DNA of 64,000 nt from the human T2T-CHM13v2.0 reference genome, Homo sapiens: the NCBI RefSeq assembly GCF_009914755.1, contig NC_060938.1; one strand, 5' to 3'. Made by a program: the position numbers and the translations under genes. Numbering within the stretch: the first letter of the stretch is position 1; every line of letters starts with the position of its first letter. The notes beneath the pieces are model-generated. The model saw nothing but the letters and a program-made list of their open reading frames with translations, was not told where the DNA came from and ran no database searches. Shown piece by piece: positions 29,520 through 44,572 of this stretch.

Positions 29520-31707
29520 TACGATTTTAGTTACTTTCCTCACGGTTGTTGCTTGAAGAGCAGGCCCAGATCCTCTAGAGGTTCACAGGAATAGCTAGCG
29601 TTGTCTCCTGGATTTCCGGGTTCTTTTGGCAGTAGCCAGGGTTTGACTCGAGTGTGATGTATCCTAGACTCCACTCCAGCCACTTTAACCGCGGTTGGGG
29701 TAGATAAAATGACCGGGTAGCGTCCTTCCCAGGATGTATCTAGGGATGGGGAATCAGAAGGAAGGGGCTTGACTAATACCATGTCACCAGGGTGGAATAA
29801 TTCCTTTCCCTCTTCTCAGGGACAGGCTTCTTGTCATGTTTTAAGAACTTGCTGATATTTGGCTAAGGAGGTGATATCTGCAACTAAGTTGGCCGTCTCT
29901 CGGTCAAGCACAAGGTCATTGGTTAGGAAGGGCCGTCCATACAGCATTTCGTATGGGCTAAGTCCTGCTTTTTGGGGAGAGTTTCGGATTCTTAGTAAGG
30001 CTATAGGCAACAGAGCAGGCCATGTGAGGTGGGTTTCCTGGGTTAGCTTTTTTAGATGTTGTTTGAGTGTTTCGTTCATTTTCTCGACCTTCCCCGAGGA
30101 TTGTGGCCTCCAGGTGCAGTGTAAGTGATATTGTATACCTGACATCTGCGATAGTCCCTGGGTTACTGTTGCCTTGAAAGCAGGGCCATTGTCACTCTGT
30201 AAGCCTCGGGGAAGTCCGCATCTGGGAATTATTTCATGAACTAGTGCCTTTATTACCTCTTGGGCCTTTTCTGTCCTGCAGAGGAAGGCCTCTGCCCAAC
30301 CAGTGAAAGTATCTACCGAAACTAGTAGATACTGAAATCCCTGAGATTTGGGTATGTGGGTAAAATCTAGTTGCCAGTCTTCTCCTAGGTAATGGCCTGT
30401 TCTTTGTTCTCCTGAAGGAGCTTGGCGATAAGGCAGGGGATTATTTCTTTGGCACACTTCACAGGCCCTGACTATCTGCTTGATAGTTTTGAAAAGGCCT
30501 GGTCCAGTAAATAATGATTTGGCCATCTGATAGGTGCTATCAATGCCTAAGTGAAAGTTTGGTGAAGGGTTTTAAGTAATTTCCATTGGTTAGCTGCAGG
30601 CAAAAGTATTTTTCCTTCTTCGGTGGCTAGCCATCCTGAGGGGAGGAAACTATGTCCTCATGAGGTTCCCCATTCATTTCTTCTTCTGAGTACTGTGGCT
30701 TGGTTTCCTGGAGGGGATTACCCCATACTCAGGGTCCTTCTGTAAGCATTTCTAATGGAGGGTCCTGTCTTGCAGCTCTTTTTGCTTCAATATCTGCTTG
30801 GTGATTCCCTTCTATTTCCCTTTCCTTTCCTTTCTGATGACCCCGGCAGTGTAAGACTGCCACTTCTTTAGGTTTCTGTACCACCAATAATAATCTCCTA
30901 ATGACTTCCTGATGTTTGATAGGTGTTCCCTCGGAAGTTAGGAATTCCCTTTCTCTCCATATTGCTGCGTGGGCATGGAGGACTAGGTAAGCATACTTAG
31001 AGTCTGTATATATATATTTACCCTTTTCCTTCTCCTAATTCTAGTGCCTGACTGAGGGCTATTAGTTCTGCCAGCTGAGCACTAGTTCCTGGAGTGAAGG
31101 AATTACTTTCAAGTATTCCATTATCACTGACCACTGCATACCCCACTTTTCGAAGTCCTTTTTCTACAAAGGAACTTCCATCAGTATACAAGTTGAGGCT
31201 GGGATCAGTCAAGGGAACCTCTAGAAGGTCCCCTCGAGCGGCATAGGTTTGAGCAATTACTTGTTGACAGTTATGTTCTATATTTTCTTCATTGTCTGGA
31301 AGAAATGTGGCTGGGTTGAGTTGCACAAGTGTGCAGTCGCAGCACTGGCCCTTCAAGTAATAGAGCCTGATATTTATATTGATATCTGATATTGATATTG
31401 ATACCTGATATTGTTGTCTGACAGTCACAAGTCTCCTTTAGCAGTGAGAATGCTGTTCACATCATGAGATGTCCACACAGTAAGATCTCTTCCCTGTATT
31501 ATTTTAATGCTTCAGATACTAAGACTGCTACTGCCACCACTACCCGTAAACAATGAGGCCAACCCTTTGCCACTACATCAATTTCCTTACTCAGGTATGC
31601 CAGGGGTTGCAAGCTCGTCCCTCAGACCTGTGTAAGGACCCCTAGAGCTATTCCCATTTTTTCTGTGACATATAAAGAAAAGTCTTGCCCCGTTGGCAAG
31701 CTTAACA
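29520..31707 (-). pseudogene. HERV-W pol remnant (connection, RNase H, integrase)
   Basis: RNase H motif LYTDGSSF...TSAQLAELIAL; integrase WQLDFTH...LQSDNGPAF...SGKVEKMN; several frameshifts. Confidence 0.93.
29739..29760 (-). promoter_or_regulatory. Probable HERV-W env splice acceptor (CCCCATCCCTAG|ATACATCC)
   Basis: Pyrimidine-rich AG ~230 nt upstream of the env ATG; matches my recall of the ERVW-1 acceptor context. Confidence 0.6.
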
Positions 31708-31757
31708 TGAGTGATTCTCTGTTTTCTACAGAACAGAGTTCCTACTCCATGGCATAA

Positions 31758-32053
31758 CTTTTTTTTTTTTAAGACAGAGTCTCACTCTTGTCGCCCAGGC
31801 TGTAGTGCAGTGGTGCAATCTCGGCTGACTGCAACCTCTGCCTTTCAGGTTCAAGCGATTCTCCTGCCTCAGCCTCATGAGTAGCTGAGAATACAGGCAT
31901 GCGCCACCATGCATGGCTAATTTTTGTATTTTTGGTAGAGAAGGGGTTTCACCATGTTGGCCAGGCTGGTCTCGAACTCCTGACCTCAGGTGATCTGCCC
32001 ACCTCGGCCCCACAAAGTGCTGGGATTACAGGCGTGAGCCACCATGCCTGGCC
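31758..32053 (-). mobile_element. AluS with TSD
   Basis: Flanked by ccat(g/a)gcataactttt direct repeats. Confidence 0.9.
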
Positions 32054-33295
32054 CCATAGCATAACTTTTAAGACCCTTAATAATCTTGCATCAGCTTAAT
32101 TTATTTTTATATTACCTCTTACTATTTTTCTCTTCATGCACTGTGCTCTTGCACTTTTAATACTAGTTTTTTTAGTTTGTATGTGAAGGACCTAGGTGCC
32201 CTTTCCTAGTTGTAATGGTCCATATCATGTCTGCTGTCTCAATTAATAACTTGAGAAAGTGGAGGGTGCTTGAAGTATTAGCAAACTAGATTCCATGATT
32301 TACTATTTACTCTTTTGATATTTGAATTAGATGGAAGTATTATAACAAAGAAAAAATATATAATGATATTTGTGTGTGAAGAAGCCTTTAAACATATTTT
32401 CTATATATTTTAGAATTGAGACTTAATGAACAATATTTCTTTCAACATTTCTTTAAGAAAAATATAGTGTAAAACATAAAAATATATTAAAAATGATTAA
32501 TGACAGCTTCTCTTATAAATGAAGTTAAACTCATTGGAGATAACATGTCTTTTATATTTTTTTGATGAGATTTGTCTGATCATTCGTCTCTTGATAGTTT
32601 ATGTATAGATTTTATGTTTATGTGGACTGTTGAGCAAATTATTCCATTTACTGAGATTTTTTTCTCTTTGTCACAGAACACGTTTTTGGGCTAACCCGTG
32701 TTTCTGTTAGTTGATGTGTGTACTAATTTTGATTGCATACTAAAGAAGAAATACATGAAAAATGATCACTTACATGGATTTCTTTCTTTAATCTTTGCCA
32801 TTTTCACATAAAGCCAGGTTACTATTAGCATTAGCAGTTGACAAAACAATCTATCTGCTGCTTAATTTTTAAAAATCAATTATTTGATTGACTTTATCAC
32901 TGTTTAACTGCTTTTCTTTCATAAAACCTAAAGCAATACATATTTCTCTTTTCTTTTTTTGCCTTGATACATTCATCTAACATATATTTATGGAATACCT
33001 GGTATGTGCCAAACACTATATTAGGCTCTGGGAAAGAATAATCATCAAAACTAGACATAGATCCTATCCCCATGGAACTTACAGTCTAGTAGGATTGTAA
33101 ATAAAGAATCAGAAACTAAGATAAAAGTTAACCTAGAAAAGCACAGATTGCTGTGACATTGACCTGATCTGTTTTCTGATGTCAGAGGATTTTCTTTTTG
33201 ATGACCCTTTTGTTGCCTGATTATCATGCTGTGATAAGTCGCTTGTATGCCTCTCACACCTCACCCTGACATGTAAACTCCTTAAGGAAAGGAAG

Positions 33296-33644
<349 letters not shown>

Positions 33645-33795
33645 TTATAATGACTTAATGAACGTGTGAATAAATTGTAAATTCTTTGTATGAAATAAAT
33701 TTTCAGTTTTAAAAGACTATGTTACAATATCCTAAGATACTACATAATAAGCAAATATGTTTAAGTATTTGTTTTGTTTTTTGGGGGATTTACAG

Positions 33796-33885
33796 GGTCA
33801 TCATCAAATCCACAGCAAATTTCCAGTTTTGACTTCACAACCACAAAGGCTTTATCAGAAGACTCAGTAGTAGTTGTTGGAAAAG
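33796..33885 (+). CDS. TOGARAM1: TOGARAM1 coding exon (likely exon 8), 90 nt, phase 1->1
   Basis: tttacag|GG acceptor, AAG|gtattt donor; GSSSNPQQISSFDFTTTKALSEDSVVVVGK. Confidence 0.9.
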
Positions 33886-34729
33886 GTATTTCAAAGTTAT
33901 TTCGCTTCTTAATTATATGTATTCATCATATAGAAGCAAAGCCTATCAATAAGGAATAGAAAAGAATGTGATTCAAGTGTTGAGTGGAACTTCTTTTTAA
34001 AAATGTATTACATTATCTTCATTAAAATAATTAGAAGTGAATACTTACCTTCACATTTCTATCTTCTAATGAAACTATAGTAAATTCATGTCATTAATTT
34101 TCAGAGAGATGTATTATGTGACAGCTGCAGTTTAGGTACTTCTAAGACTATTTTAGGATAGCTTACTTAGTTTTAGCATAGTTTAAATTCAAGTAGCCCT
34201 TATTTATCAGCGTAATAATCAATATAAATTAATATAATTATCTCCCATACAAGATCTAGACAAGTGAAAATTAAACTCCTGTTATATATTTTAAGGGGGC
34301 TAAGGGACCTTGAACAAAATTATTGCAAGTATCCTTTAAAGCTATTTTCTATTTTAATTGAAAACTAGAATGTGGTAATATACATTGAGGGTATGCATCT
34401 TATTTTTGTTCAATATAATGAAATAGAATAAACGTTTTGAAAAATTTGTCCTAACTTCTTTGCTTGATAGTCTCATTAGGTTATTTTAAAACCCTCCTCA
34501 GATTGGCTACAGCTTACTCTTGTAAACTTATTTTCTGTTATTCCTTTATTTGCCCGGCCAAGCTCATTTATTCGCTCCACATAAATGCTTTAGAAACTTT
34601 CAACTCTGCATGTAAACATCCCCATCTCATAGATTTCCCCCTCTCCTTCTTTACTTTATACAGATCCTTCCTGTCTTCAAATCCCAGCTCAAATCCTTGC
34701 TCCTTGAAACCATCTTAAACACCCAGCTC

Positions 34730-35050
<321 letters not shown>

Positions 35051-35311
35051 AGCTCACAGCAACCTTTTCTTTATGTGTGCTTACCACTTATAATATGCAG
35101 CTCTCACTTATTATCATGAACTGCATTCTGCCACCTCTTATATTAATGCCCTATTAGGGTATTTGTTTTTATATTTTATAATTATTTAGCATGTTTTTCT
35201 TACTAACTGTGTTGTTTGATTCTTGAAGGCAAGAGCCTTGCCTTAAACTTTGTTGTCTAGAGTACCATCACATAATTAGTTAATGACTATTTGGTGGTTG
35301 GTTGATTTCAG

Positions 35312-35487
35312 GCGTATTTGGAAGTTTAAGTTCAGCACCAGCAACCTGCAGCCAATCAGTGATATCTTCTGTGGAAAATGGGGATACATTTTCAATTAAA
35401 CAAAGTATTGAACCACCATCAGGGATTTATGGAAGATCAGTCCAGCAAAATATTTCATCATATCTTGATGTTGAGAATGAAAAAGAT
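35312..35487 (+). CDS. TOGARAM1: TOGARAM1 coding exon (likely exon 9), 176 nt, phase 1->0
   Basis: gatttcag|GC acceptor, GAT|gtaagg donor; GVFGSLSSAPATCSQS...DVENEKD. Confidence 0.92.
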
Positions 35488-35614
35488 GTAAGGTTATTTG
35501 CTAATTATTAGAATAAATTTAAGCTTACAGTATGTCATTGTTTTGTGTATATCAGATGTGGGGTGGTGAAAGTATTTCAATTAAAATTTAAAAAATCTTA
35601 GTACAGTTGAAATT

Positions 35615-35902
35615 TTGAGCCTTGGCAATGTGGCAAAGCCCTGTCTCTAGGAAAAATACAAAAATTAGCCAGGAAAAATACAAAAATTAGCCCGAGAAAG
35701 TAGAGAGCCTATTTTCTCTAGGAAAAATACAAAAATGTAGCTACAGCCATGCGTGCCTATGGGCCCAGCTACTTGGGAGGCTGAGGTAGGAGGATCACTT
35801 GAGCTCGGACGGTCGGACTTGAGCTGCAGTAAACCGTGATTACGCCACTGTACTCCAGCCTGGGCAATACAGTGAAACTGTCTCAAGAAAAAAAAAAAAA
35901 AG
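35615..35902 (+). mobile_element. 5'-truncated AluJ with triplicated linker
   Basis: aaaatacaaaaat occurs three times. Confidence 0.8.
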
Positions 35903-36188
35903 AAATTTTGATTCTTAATCATTTAAATATAGATTATTCGTCCTTCCCACTTAATAAAGGCATTCTTATCCTGGGGATAAAGTATGTAATATACTTTGTA
36001 TTCTCCATGTACTTTATATTTTACATGTACTATATATACATATATATGTATGGGTATATTCTGTTTTCTAGGACACACTTAAGTAGTGACAGACTAATAT
36101 CCTCAGACACAAATTAGTTATCTGAGATGAAGATATTTTAAATATCAAAGTCCCTGAATATTTTCAGACTTTCAACTTTTTCATGCAG

Positions 36189-36342
36189 GCTAAAGTTTCT
36201 ATTTCTAAATCTACTTATAACAAGATGAGACAAAAGAGAAAAGAAGAGAAAGAACTGTTTCACAATAAAGATTGTGAAAAGAAGGAAAAAAATTCCTGGG
36301 AACGAATGAGACATACAGGAACTGAGAAAATGGCATCTGAAA
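36189..36342 (+). CDS. TOGARAM1: TOGARAM1 coding exon (likely exon 10), 154 nt, phase 0->1
   Basis: ttttcatgcag|GCT acceptor, GAAA|gtaagt donor; AKVSISKSTYNKMRQKRKEEKE...KMASE. Confidence 0.92.
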
Positions 36343-37757
36343 GTAAGTGGAATTTAAGTTTTGGTATTTTTTTTTTCTAGTAATTGTCTAAAGCTGGTGA
36401 AATGAGGTTTCACTGAGGGTAATATATGACTAAGAATGAAATATCTTATATAACACCGAAATTTGCAAGTTCTGCCTTTAATTAGCTTTGTGACCTGGAA
36501 GCAGCCCTCAGTTTTCTGCCCCTGTGAATATCTTGATTATCTCAAAGGTCCAGATTATCTCAAGGATCTCTTCTATACTCCTGGAAATATTCCTGTTTTA
36601 CTGAGGAGTGGTATCCCATTTTATAGTAGATAACTGAGATGGTGATTCTGGTTTATATTACATCATGATCCAAAAAGGCCATTGCATTTGTCATTTATTC
36701 AGTCTATCCTTGAGTACCTACTATGTTTTGTGCTTGGTCAAGAGTAGGCTCTATGTTTCCTGGTGTTGTTTTTTAAAATATTGAATACATGTTAGGTATA
36801 GTAGCAACTAGGAAAAATCAGAGGTTGAAATGAAAAATCATGTGAACTATAATAAACATTAAGTATTATTGCTTAATTACTGTTTTGTTAAATATTATTA
36901 AGAAATAAACTGAAATATAAACACTATTAAATTTATGTTGTATCTGAAGTCTAGATAGCAACAAAATACTCAAGAAGGTTACAAAAATACTCTAAATTTA
37001 ATAGACAATATACTTCTTTTGAAAGTAAAAATAAAAAAGATTTAACCTAAATTAATGTCTGAGGTTTTTCCTAGCTTTTATTTCCATTATAATGCAACAA
37101 GTGGAGAAAACTGTATTTTCAAAGCTAATCACTGTTGAGAGTATGCCTGATGAGAGGTGTTAGCCTGTACAATTGTGGCTGAAGATGTCCCTAAAACCCA
37201 TTAAATGTAGGTGTTTGTGAAATTTAAGCCTCTTAGCATTCTCAGATAATTCACTATTTGTTATTGTCATAAAATTCAGGGAGAGAAAAACCCACGAAAC
37301 TTCCTACCTAACTTAGCCAGTGTGAAGAGTAGAAATAGAAGTACAAGATTACAAATAGTAATAAATCATAAATTTGGGGTATTAATTCTTGATGGATCAA
37401 CTAATTTTGTGATTTTTGCCTACAATGTAGGCTTTAAAGATTAGGTTTCTGAGAAGTATAAGGAGAGTACTGCTTTGAAGTTACCCTTATATTATTTGAA
37501 AATAAGAATATGCTTACACAATTATTATCTTGATCAGCTCAAAGTGTAGTTGTTTAGCTCTGTTTATGGTTATGAACATATTAGCAGAAATAATTTTTAA
37601 TAGCTAAATTCTAATTGGATATGCCTCCAGTTAAGAAACTTTCTATCAGTTAGATCACTGCTACTCAAAGTGTGTTTCATAGACTGTGTGAACTGTTTAT
37701 TACTCATCTATGATAACATACATACAGACAATATTTAGCTTCTAGAAACTATTTTAA

Positions 37758-38132
<375 letters not shown>

Positions 38133-38809
38133 AACAGTGGAAGTTTTTAAAAAAAAAAATCTTCATTTGAGCATCACTACTTTCAATTGATATTCTATAC
38201 ACCTCCTTTTTCAAAATAACATTCTTCAGGTGAAAACAAAATAAAGATAGGTGATAGTACTTTGTATTGTTATAATCTCAAGGTTGAAAATTTGGTGTTT
38301 ATCTATATCTCTTTCTAATGAGTTATTGTTTCATGAACGTGGGAATGGATTAGATATATTAAGGGAATTCTTAAAACTTCCACATTGGTTTCTTCATCTG
38401 TAATATACTACTAATAATTACTATGTAGGGTTGTTGAATGAATTAAATTAGATAGTATGAATGATGGACTTAGCACAATACTAGGGAAGATAATAAATGA
38501 TAATAGTGCTTTTTTTTATTTGCTATTCTTTCAGGATTGGGATATTCCAAAGCTGGAGGATTTTATTTATACATGTTAGTCTTAGATATGAAGCCTAATG
38601 AGGGTCCATCTGAACCATCAAAAAAAAGTGAAAGGGGTCTATTATATTCTTTAATTGGTATATCATCTTCCTCACATAACAAAAACTGGTACTGATTTAT
38701 CACTATAGTAATTTAAGGCATCATATTTTACCTTTTTACATTTTTTGTTAGATATATGATGAATTTTTTGAAAGCAGAGATTCTGTCTTATACCTCTTTA
38801 TATAAGATC

Positions 38810-39030
38810 ACAGGTAATGGTGGCCGTAGATCTAAGTCCTGCCTCTCCCACTCATTAGCAATGGAACCTTAAGTAAATTTCTTAGTCTCTGTAAAATGCA
38901 ATTATTTTCTCAGCTGCAAAATAAAGATAGTTAGAATACCTACCTCAGCTTTGTTGAGATAATTAAATGCAGTAAAGTTTGCAAAGCATTTATCCCAAGG
39001 TCTGGTGTATAGTATTTAATAAATGCTAGC
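38810..39030 (+). mobile_element. MIR
   Basis: tttctcagctgcaaaataaagatagt...tacctacctca core motifs. Confidence 0.65.
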
Positions 39031-39706
39031 TAATATCATTAACACCTTGTTGCCTTTGGATTTTAAATGACCAACTCTGAATATGTAATTAGTATGCAAC
39101 ATCAAGTGAAATCTCTTATATTTGTGATTTCAGGTAACATTTTCTCACAGATAACATGGTTAATAAACAATTTTTGATGATAGTTTCTAGTGACTAATAT
39201 TTCCTTTCTAAAAATATCTCTTAATATGGAAAAATAGCCAGTAAATCTTTACCTACTTATAAAAGCCCATTCTATTTGACCCTTTTCTTTTTAATATCTC
39301 CACTGCACGTGTCTCGCATTATATAGTGCTCTCAAGGATATTATCCTGAGCACTCAAAGAGGATGATTTGTTTTCTCAGCTTATAGTACAGTGCCTTACA
39401 TCTGGAAAATGCTTGGTCAATGTCTTATTATAGAGGAAACATCATTCTTATTACTACACATGGTCTTAGAATTTGTAATAGGCCACTAATTCTATATCGA
39501 TAGAGAAAATCAACTAGAATTCTACATACAGATGCCATGAACCTTCATCTTCACTTCTCAGTTATAAAACAGGTATATATCCACATTTTTACAAAATGGG
39601 ATCGTACTACTTCTTTTGCTTTTAGCTGTTAAAATAAAGCTAGACTTTGTTATGACTCATGACTGAAAAATTACTTGTAGTTTTATTAAATATAATTTGT
39701 TAATAA

Positions 39707-39768
39707 TTTTGCATATAAAAAGTAAAGTTTTCAATAGTTTTGCATATAAAAAGTAAAGTTTTCAATAG
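39707..39768 (+). repeat. Perfect 31-bp tandem duplication
   Basis: TTTTGCATATAAAAAGTAAAGTTTTCAATAG twice. Confidence 0.95.
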
Positions 39769-39805
39769 TTTTGGTTTCTGGGTACTGTAATTTTCCTCAA
39801 GACTA

Positions 39806-40216
<411 letters not shown>

Positions 40217-40235
40217 TTAATGTATTTTGTTTTAG

Positions 40236-40389
40236 GTGAAACACCTACTGGAGCTATTTCACAGTATAAAGAAAGGATGCCTTCTGTCACTCATAGTCCA
40301 GAAATAATGGATCTGTCAGAACTACGACCATTCTCTAAACCAGAAATAGCACTGACAGAAGCCCTGAGGCTTTTGGCTGATGAGGATTG
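40236..40389 (+). CDS. TOGARAM1: TOGARAM1 coding exon (likely exon 11), 154 nt, phase 1->2; start of TOG3
   Basis: ttgttttag|GT acceptor, GATTG|gtaagt donor; SETPTGAISQYKERMPS...LRPFSKPEIALTEALRLLADED(W). Confidence 0.93.
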
Positions 40390-40982
40390 GTAAGTTCACC
40401 ATCCTTAACTTAAAACTAAGCAGAGTTCAAAAGCTTTCTGTAAATATTTAATTAAAAATCTTGAAACACATTTTCTATTAAAATAATCTTAGAAATGATT
40501 ATTTAGTTCTTAGGCATCAGAGTCTTTTCAGCTCATTAATGTAGCTGAACTCTGGCCCTAATAGTACTTTATTACCAGTTGTATTATAGCTTACATGCCA
40601 TAAACATATAATTTAGCTTTATAATGGATTATGTAAACCCTTTGATAATGAGATACAAATTTCACCATTTCTCAAAGTATTTCTCTGTGAAATATAATTA
40701 TTAATAGTCCTGGAAATACTTACCTGCTCCTATTGTAGTGATAGCAGCCAACCAACCAGCCCAGCCAGTAACTCAAGGGAGACAAAAGACAGTGGCAATG
40801 TGCATCCCACGTGTTTCAGCGGGAGCATCCACTTACTGCCTTTGTCCCATTTCCTCCCTTGTTCCTTCACTATCTCTCATTATACCCATCTTATACCTCT
40901 TCATCAGTTTTGCCTGTGTTCTAGAGCATATTCATCAACTTTAAAATATGCCATAATATCTCTTATTTTTTAAAAACCTCCA

Positions 40983-41322
<340 letters not shown>

Positions 41323-41342
41323 CTACATTCATTTTGTAGCTC

Positions 41343-41598
41343 AAGGGCAGTCTTTCTGGCAATCTTTTTCTGTAAAGATCCAGGTAATAGGCGTTTTAGA
41401 CTTTGCAGGGCAGATGCCTCTGTTGCAAATACTGAACTCTGTTGTTGCACAAAAGCAGCCTTAAAACGGTATCTAAACAAATGGGCATAGCTGTGTTTCT
41501 ATAAAACTTTACTTATAAAACATTATATGAAAACTTTACTCATTAAAAAAATCTGATAGAGCCACATTTGGCCCATGAGCCATAGTTTGCCAATCCCT
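41343..41598. mobile_element. MER58A-like hAT MITE
   Basis: tttttctgtaaag...tttggcccatgagccatagtttgccaatccct termini. Confidence 0.75.
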
Positions 41599-41838
41599 TC
41601 TTAAATTATTTCATTCAGTCTCACAGCTTTAAATTCCATCTAAACTCTGATTTTTCATAAATGTATATCTGTATCCCTGGTATCATTTTGAGCTCTAGAC
41701 TCAAAAAGAAGTAATCCAACAGCCTAACTTGGCCCTTTTACTTAGATGCCATTAGACATCTTAAATTTAACATATCCAGAAAAGAAATCCTGAACTTCTT
41801 CCTGCCAACATGGATTAACAGGACTGTATTTGCCCTCA

Positions 41839-42225
<387 letters not shown>

Positions 42226-43158
42226 CTATGGAAAGATGTTGATCTCTGAGAGACAGGAAACAAACCAGGTGAGCCCTACAATTACCCAGCTTGCTTTCTG
42301 GAGAGAGTTTCCAGGTTGCAGCTAAAGGGAGGGAAAACAGGCAGATAGCATCAGAGATGGACATGGTGCTGAGAGTTTGAGGAGGCCATGGTGACTAGAC
42401 TTTGCAGGACAGAATGCCAGATAGAGCTCCACAGAGAGCTCCAGAGATCATAAGAGGATTTTACTCAAATGTTTAGCAGACAACTGGTCGGGGCATGCAT
42501 GTAAATACATTTCCTGAGGCCAGAACAAGAACCACTCAAAAAAGTTACAAGGAACAATGTCAGGAGCATATACAATGTTAATAATACTTCCTGTTCCCAC
42601 CAGCAGAGTGGAAAAGTTCATAATTCACAGGGCATTGGGTAGAATACTCAGAGTTTTGCTCCATAGTGTAGTAAAATAAACCATAGACTGAATGTTAGTT
42701 TGGTTCCTACCCAATGAAGTTTAAAAGCAAGGCCTAAGATGATCAAACATTTGATCCTTATTTGAAATACATTTTCAAATAACTATATCCCAGAACAAAG
42801 CTGAAGAATATTTATAGGAATACAAAAATAGCTAAAGTGAAATTACCAGGCATGCAGAGAAGCAGGAAAATATAACCAATAGTGAGAAGAAAAAAAGCCA
42901 AGTGAAACCAATGCAAAAATGACACAGGTGATAGAATTAGTAGACAAAGACATTGTAACTGTAACTACTGCATGCATTAAAGAGGCTGGAGGAAAGGTTG
43001 AGCAAGTAAAGAGATATAATATATATAAGAAACCCAAAACTAATATCTACAGATGAAAGCTATAATGTCTGAGATAGGAAATACACTGGATGAGATTAAT
43101 AGGTTAGACATTCCAGAAGAAAAGATTAGTGAAGTTGAAGACGTAACCATTGAAACTA

Positions 43159-43440
<282 letters not shown>

Positions 43441-44143
43441 TCAATTGTGGGACAACTTCAAGTTATGTGTAATTGGAGTTACCAGACAGAGAAGGAGACA
43501 GAAAAGAATATTTGTAGAAAAAAATGGACAAAATTTGTTCAAATTGGATGAAAACTATAAACCCAAAGATCTAAGAAGTTCAGTGAACACCAAACACAAG
43601 AAACATGAAAAGAAATATTTCAAAGGAGATATAATCAAAAGGCCTAAAATTAGGGATGGAGAAAATCTTAAAAATAGCTAGGGGCAAGACATTACATATA
43701 GAACAAAGATCAGACTACTCATCAAATACACTGCAAACCAAAAAACAGTTCAGTGAGATCTTTAAAGTACTGAAAGGAAAAACAAACTGTCAATCTAGAA
43801 TTCTATATCCAATGAAAATATCTTTCAAAAATAAAAGTAGTGGGCCAGGCATGGTGGCTCACACTTGTAATCCCAGCACTTTATGAGGCCAAGCCAGGAA
43901 GATTGCTTGAGCCCAGAAGTTAAAGACCAGCCTTTGCAATATAGCAAGACCTCATCTCTAGAAAAAAAAAAAAAAAGAAAGAAAAAAAATTTAAAATCTG
44001 GATGCAGTGATGTGTTTCTGTAGTCCCAGCTAATCAGGAGGCTGAGGCAGAAGGATTGCCTGAATCCAGGGGTTCGAGGCTGCAGTGAGCTGTGATTGTG
44101 CCACTACACTGCAGCCTGAGCAACAGAACAAGACCTTGTCTCT

Positions 44144-44174
<31 letters not shown>

Positions 44175-44572
44175 TAAAAGAAGCAAAATGTCTGACAGTT
44201 TGATACAAAGGCCCAAAGGGAAGACATGGCAGTATTGCTTTACCAAGGCAACAAAGGAGATAAAATATAACTATAAAAATAATTATAAAGAAAAGATGGG
44301 ACAAATAGAAAACAAACAGCAAGATGATAGACTTAAACCCAATCATCTAATCACATTAAATGTAGATGAACTAAACACCCTAGTGAGATTAGATTAAAAA
44401 GCAAGACCCAACTATATGCTACCTATAAGAAATTCTGTTTAAATATATAGATACAAATAAGTTAAAAGTAGAGATTCAAAAAGATGTATACCATGCTAAC
44501 ACTAATCAAAAGATAGATTACATGGCCATATTAATATCAAAGTATATTTCAAAGCAAAGAATATTAATGAGA

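Larger units (their letters stand above)
27491..31707 (-). mobile_element. HERV-W (HERV17/LTR17) processed pseudogene, 5'-truncated within pol
   Basis: Order on - strand is pol (RNase H, integrase), env, PPT, U3-R, poly(A); no U5 and no 5' LTR; 20-bp TSD TGAGTG(G/A)TTCTCTGTTTTCT at 27472-27491 and 31708-31727. Confidence 0.96.

Noticed and set aside
28736-30128. Plus-strand ORFs antisense to env and pol
   Set aside because: Shadow frames of the viral ORFs, with no supporting splice or start context
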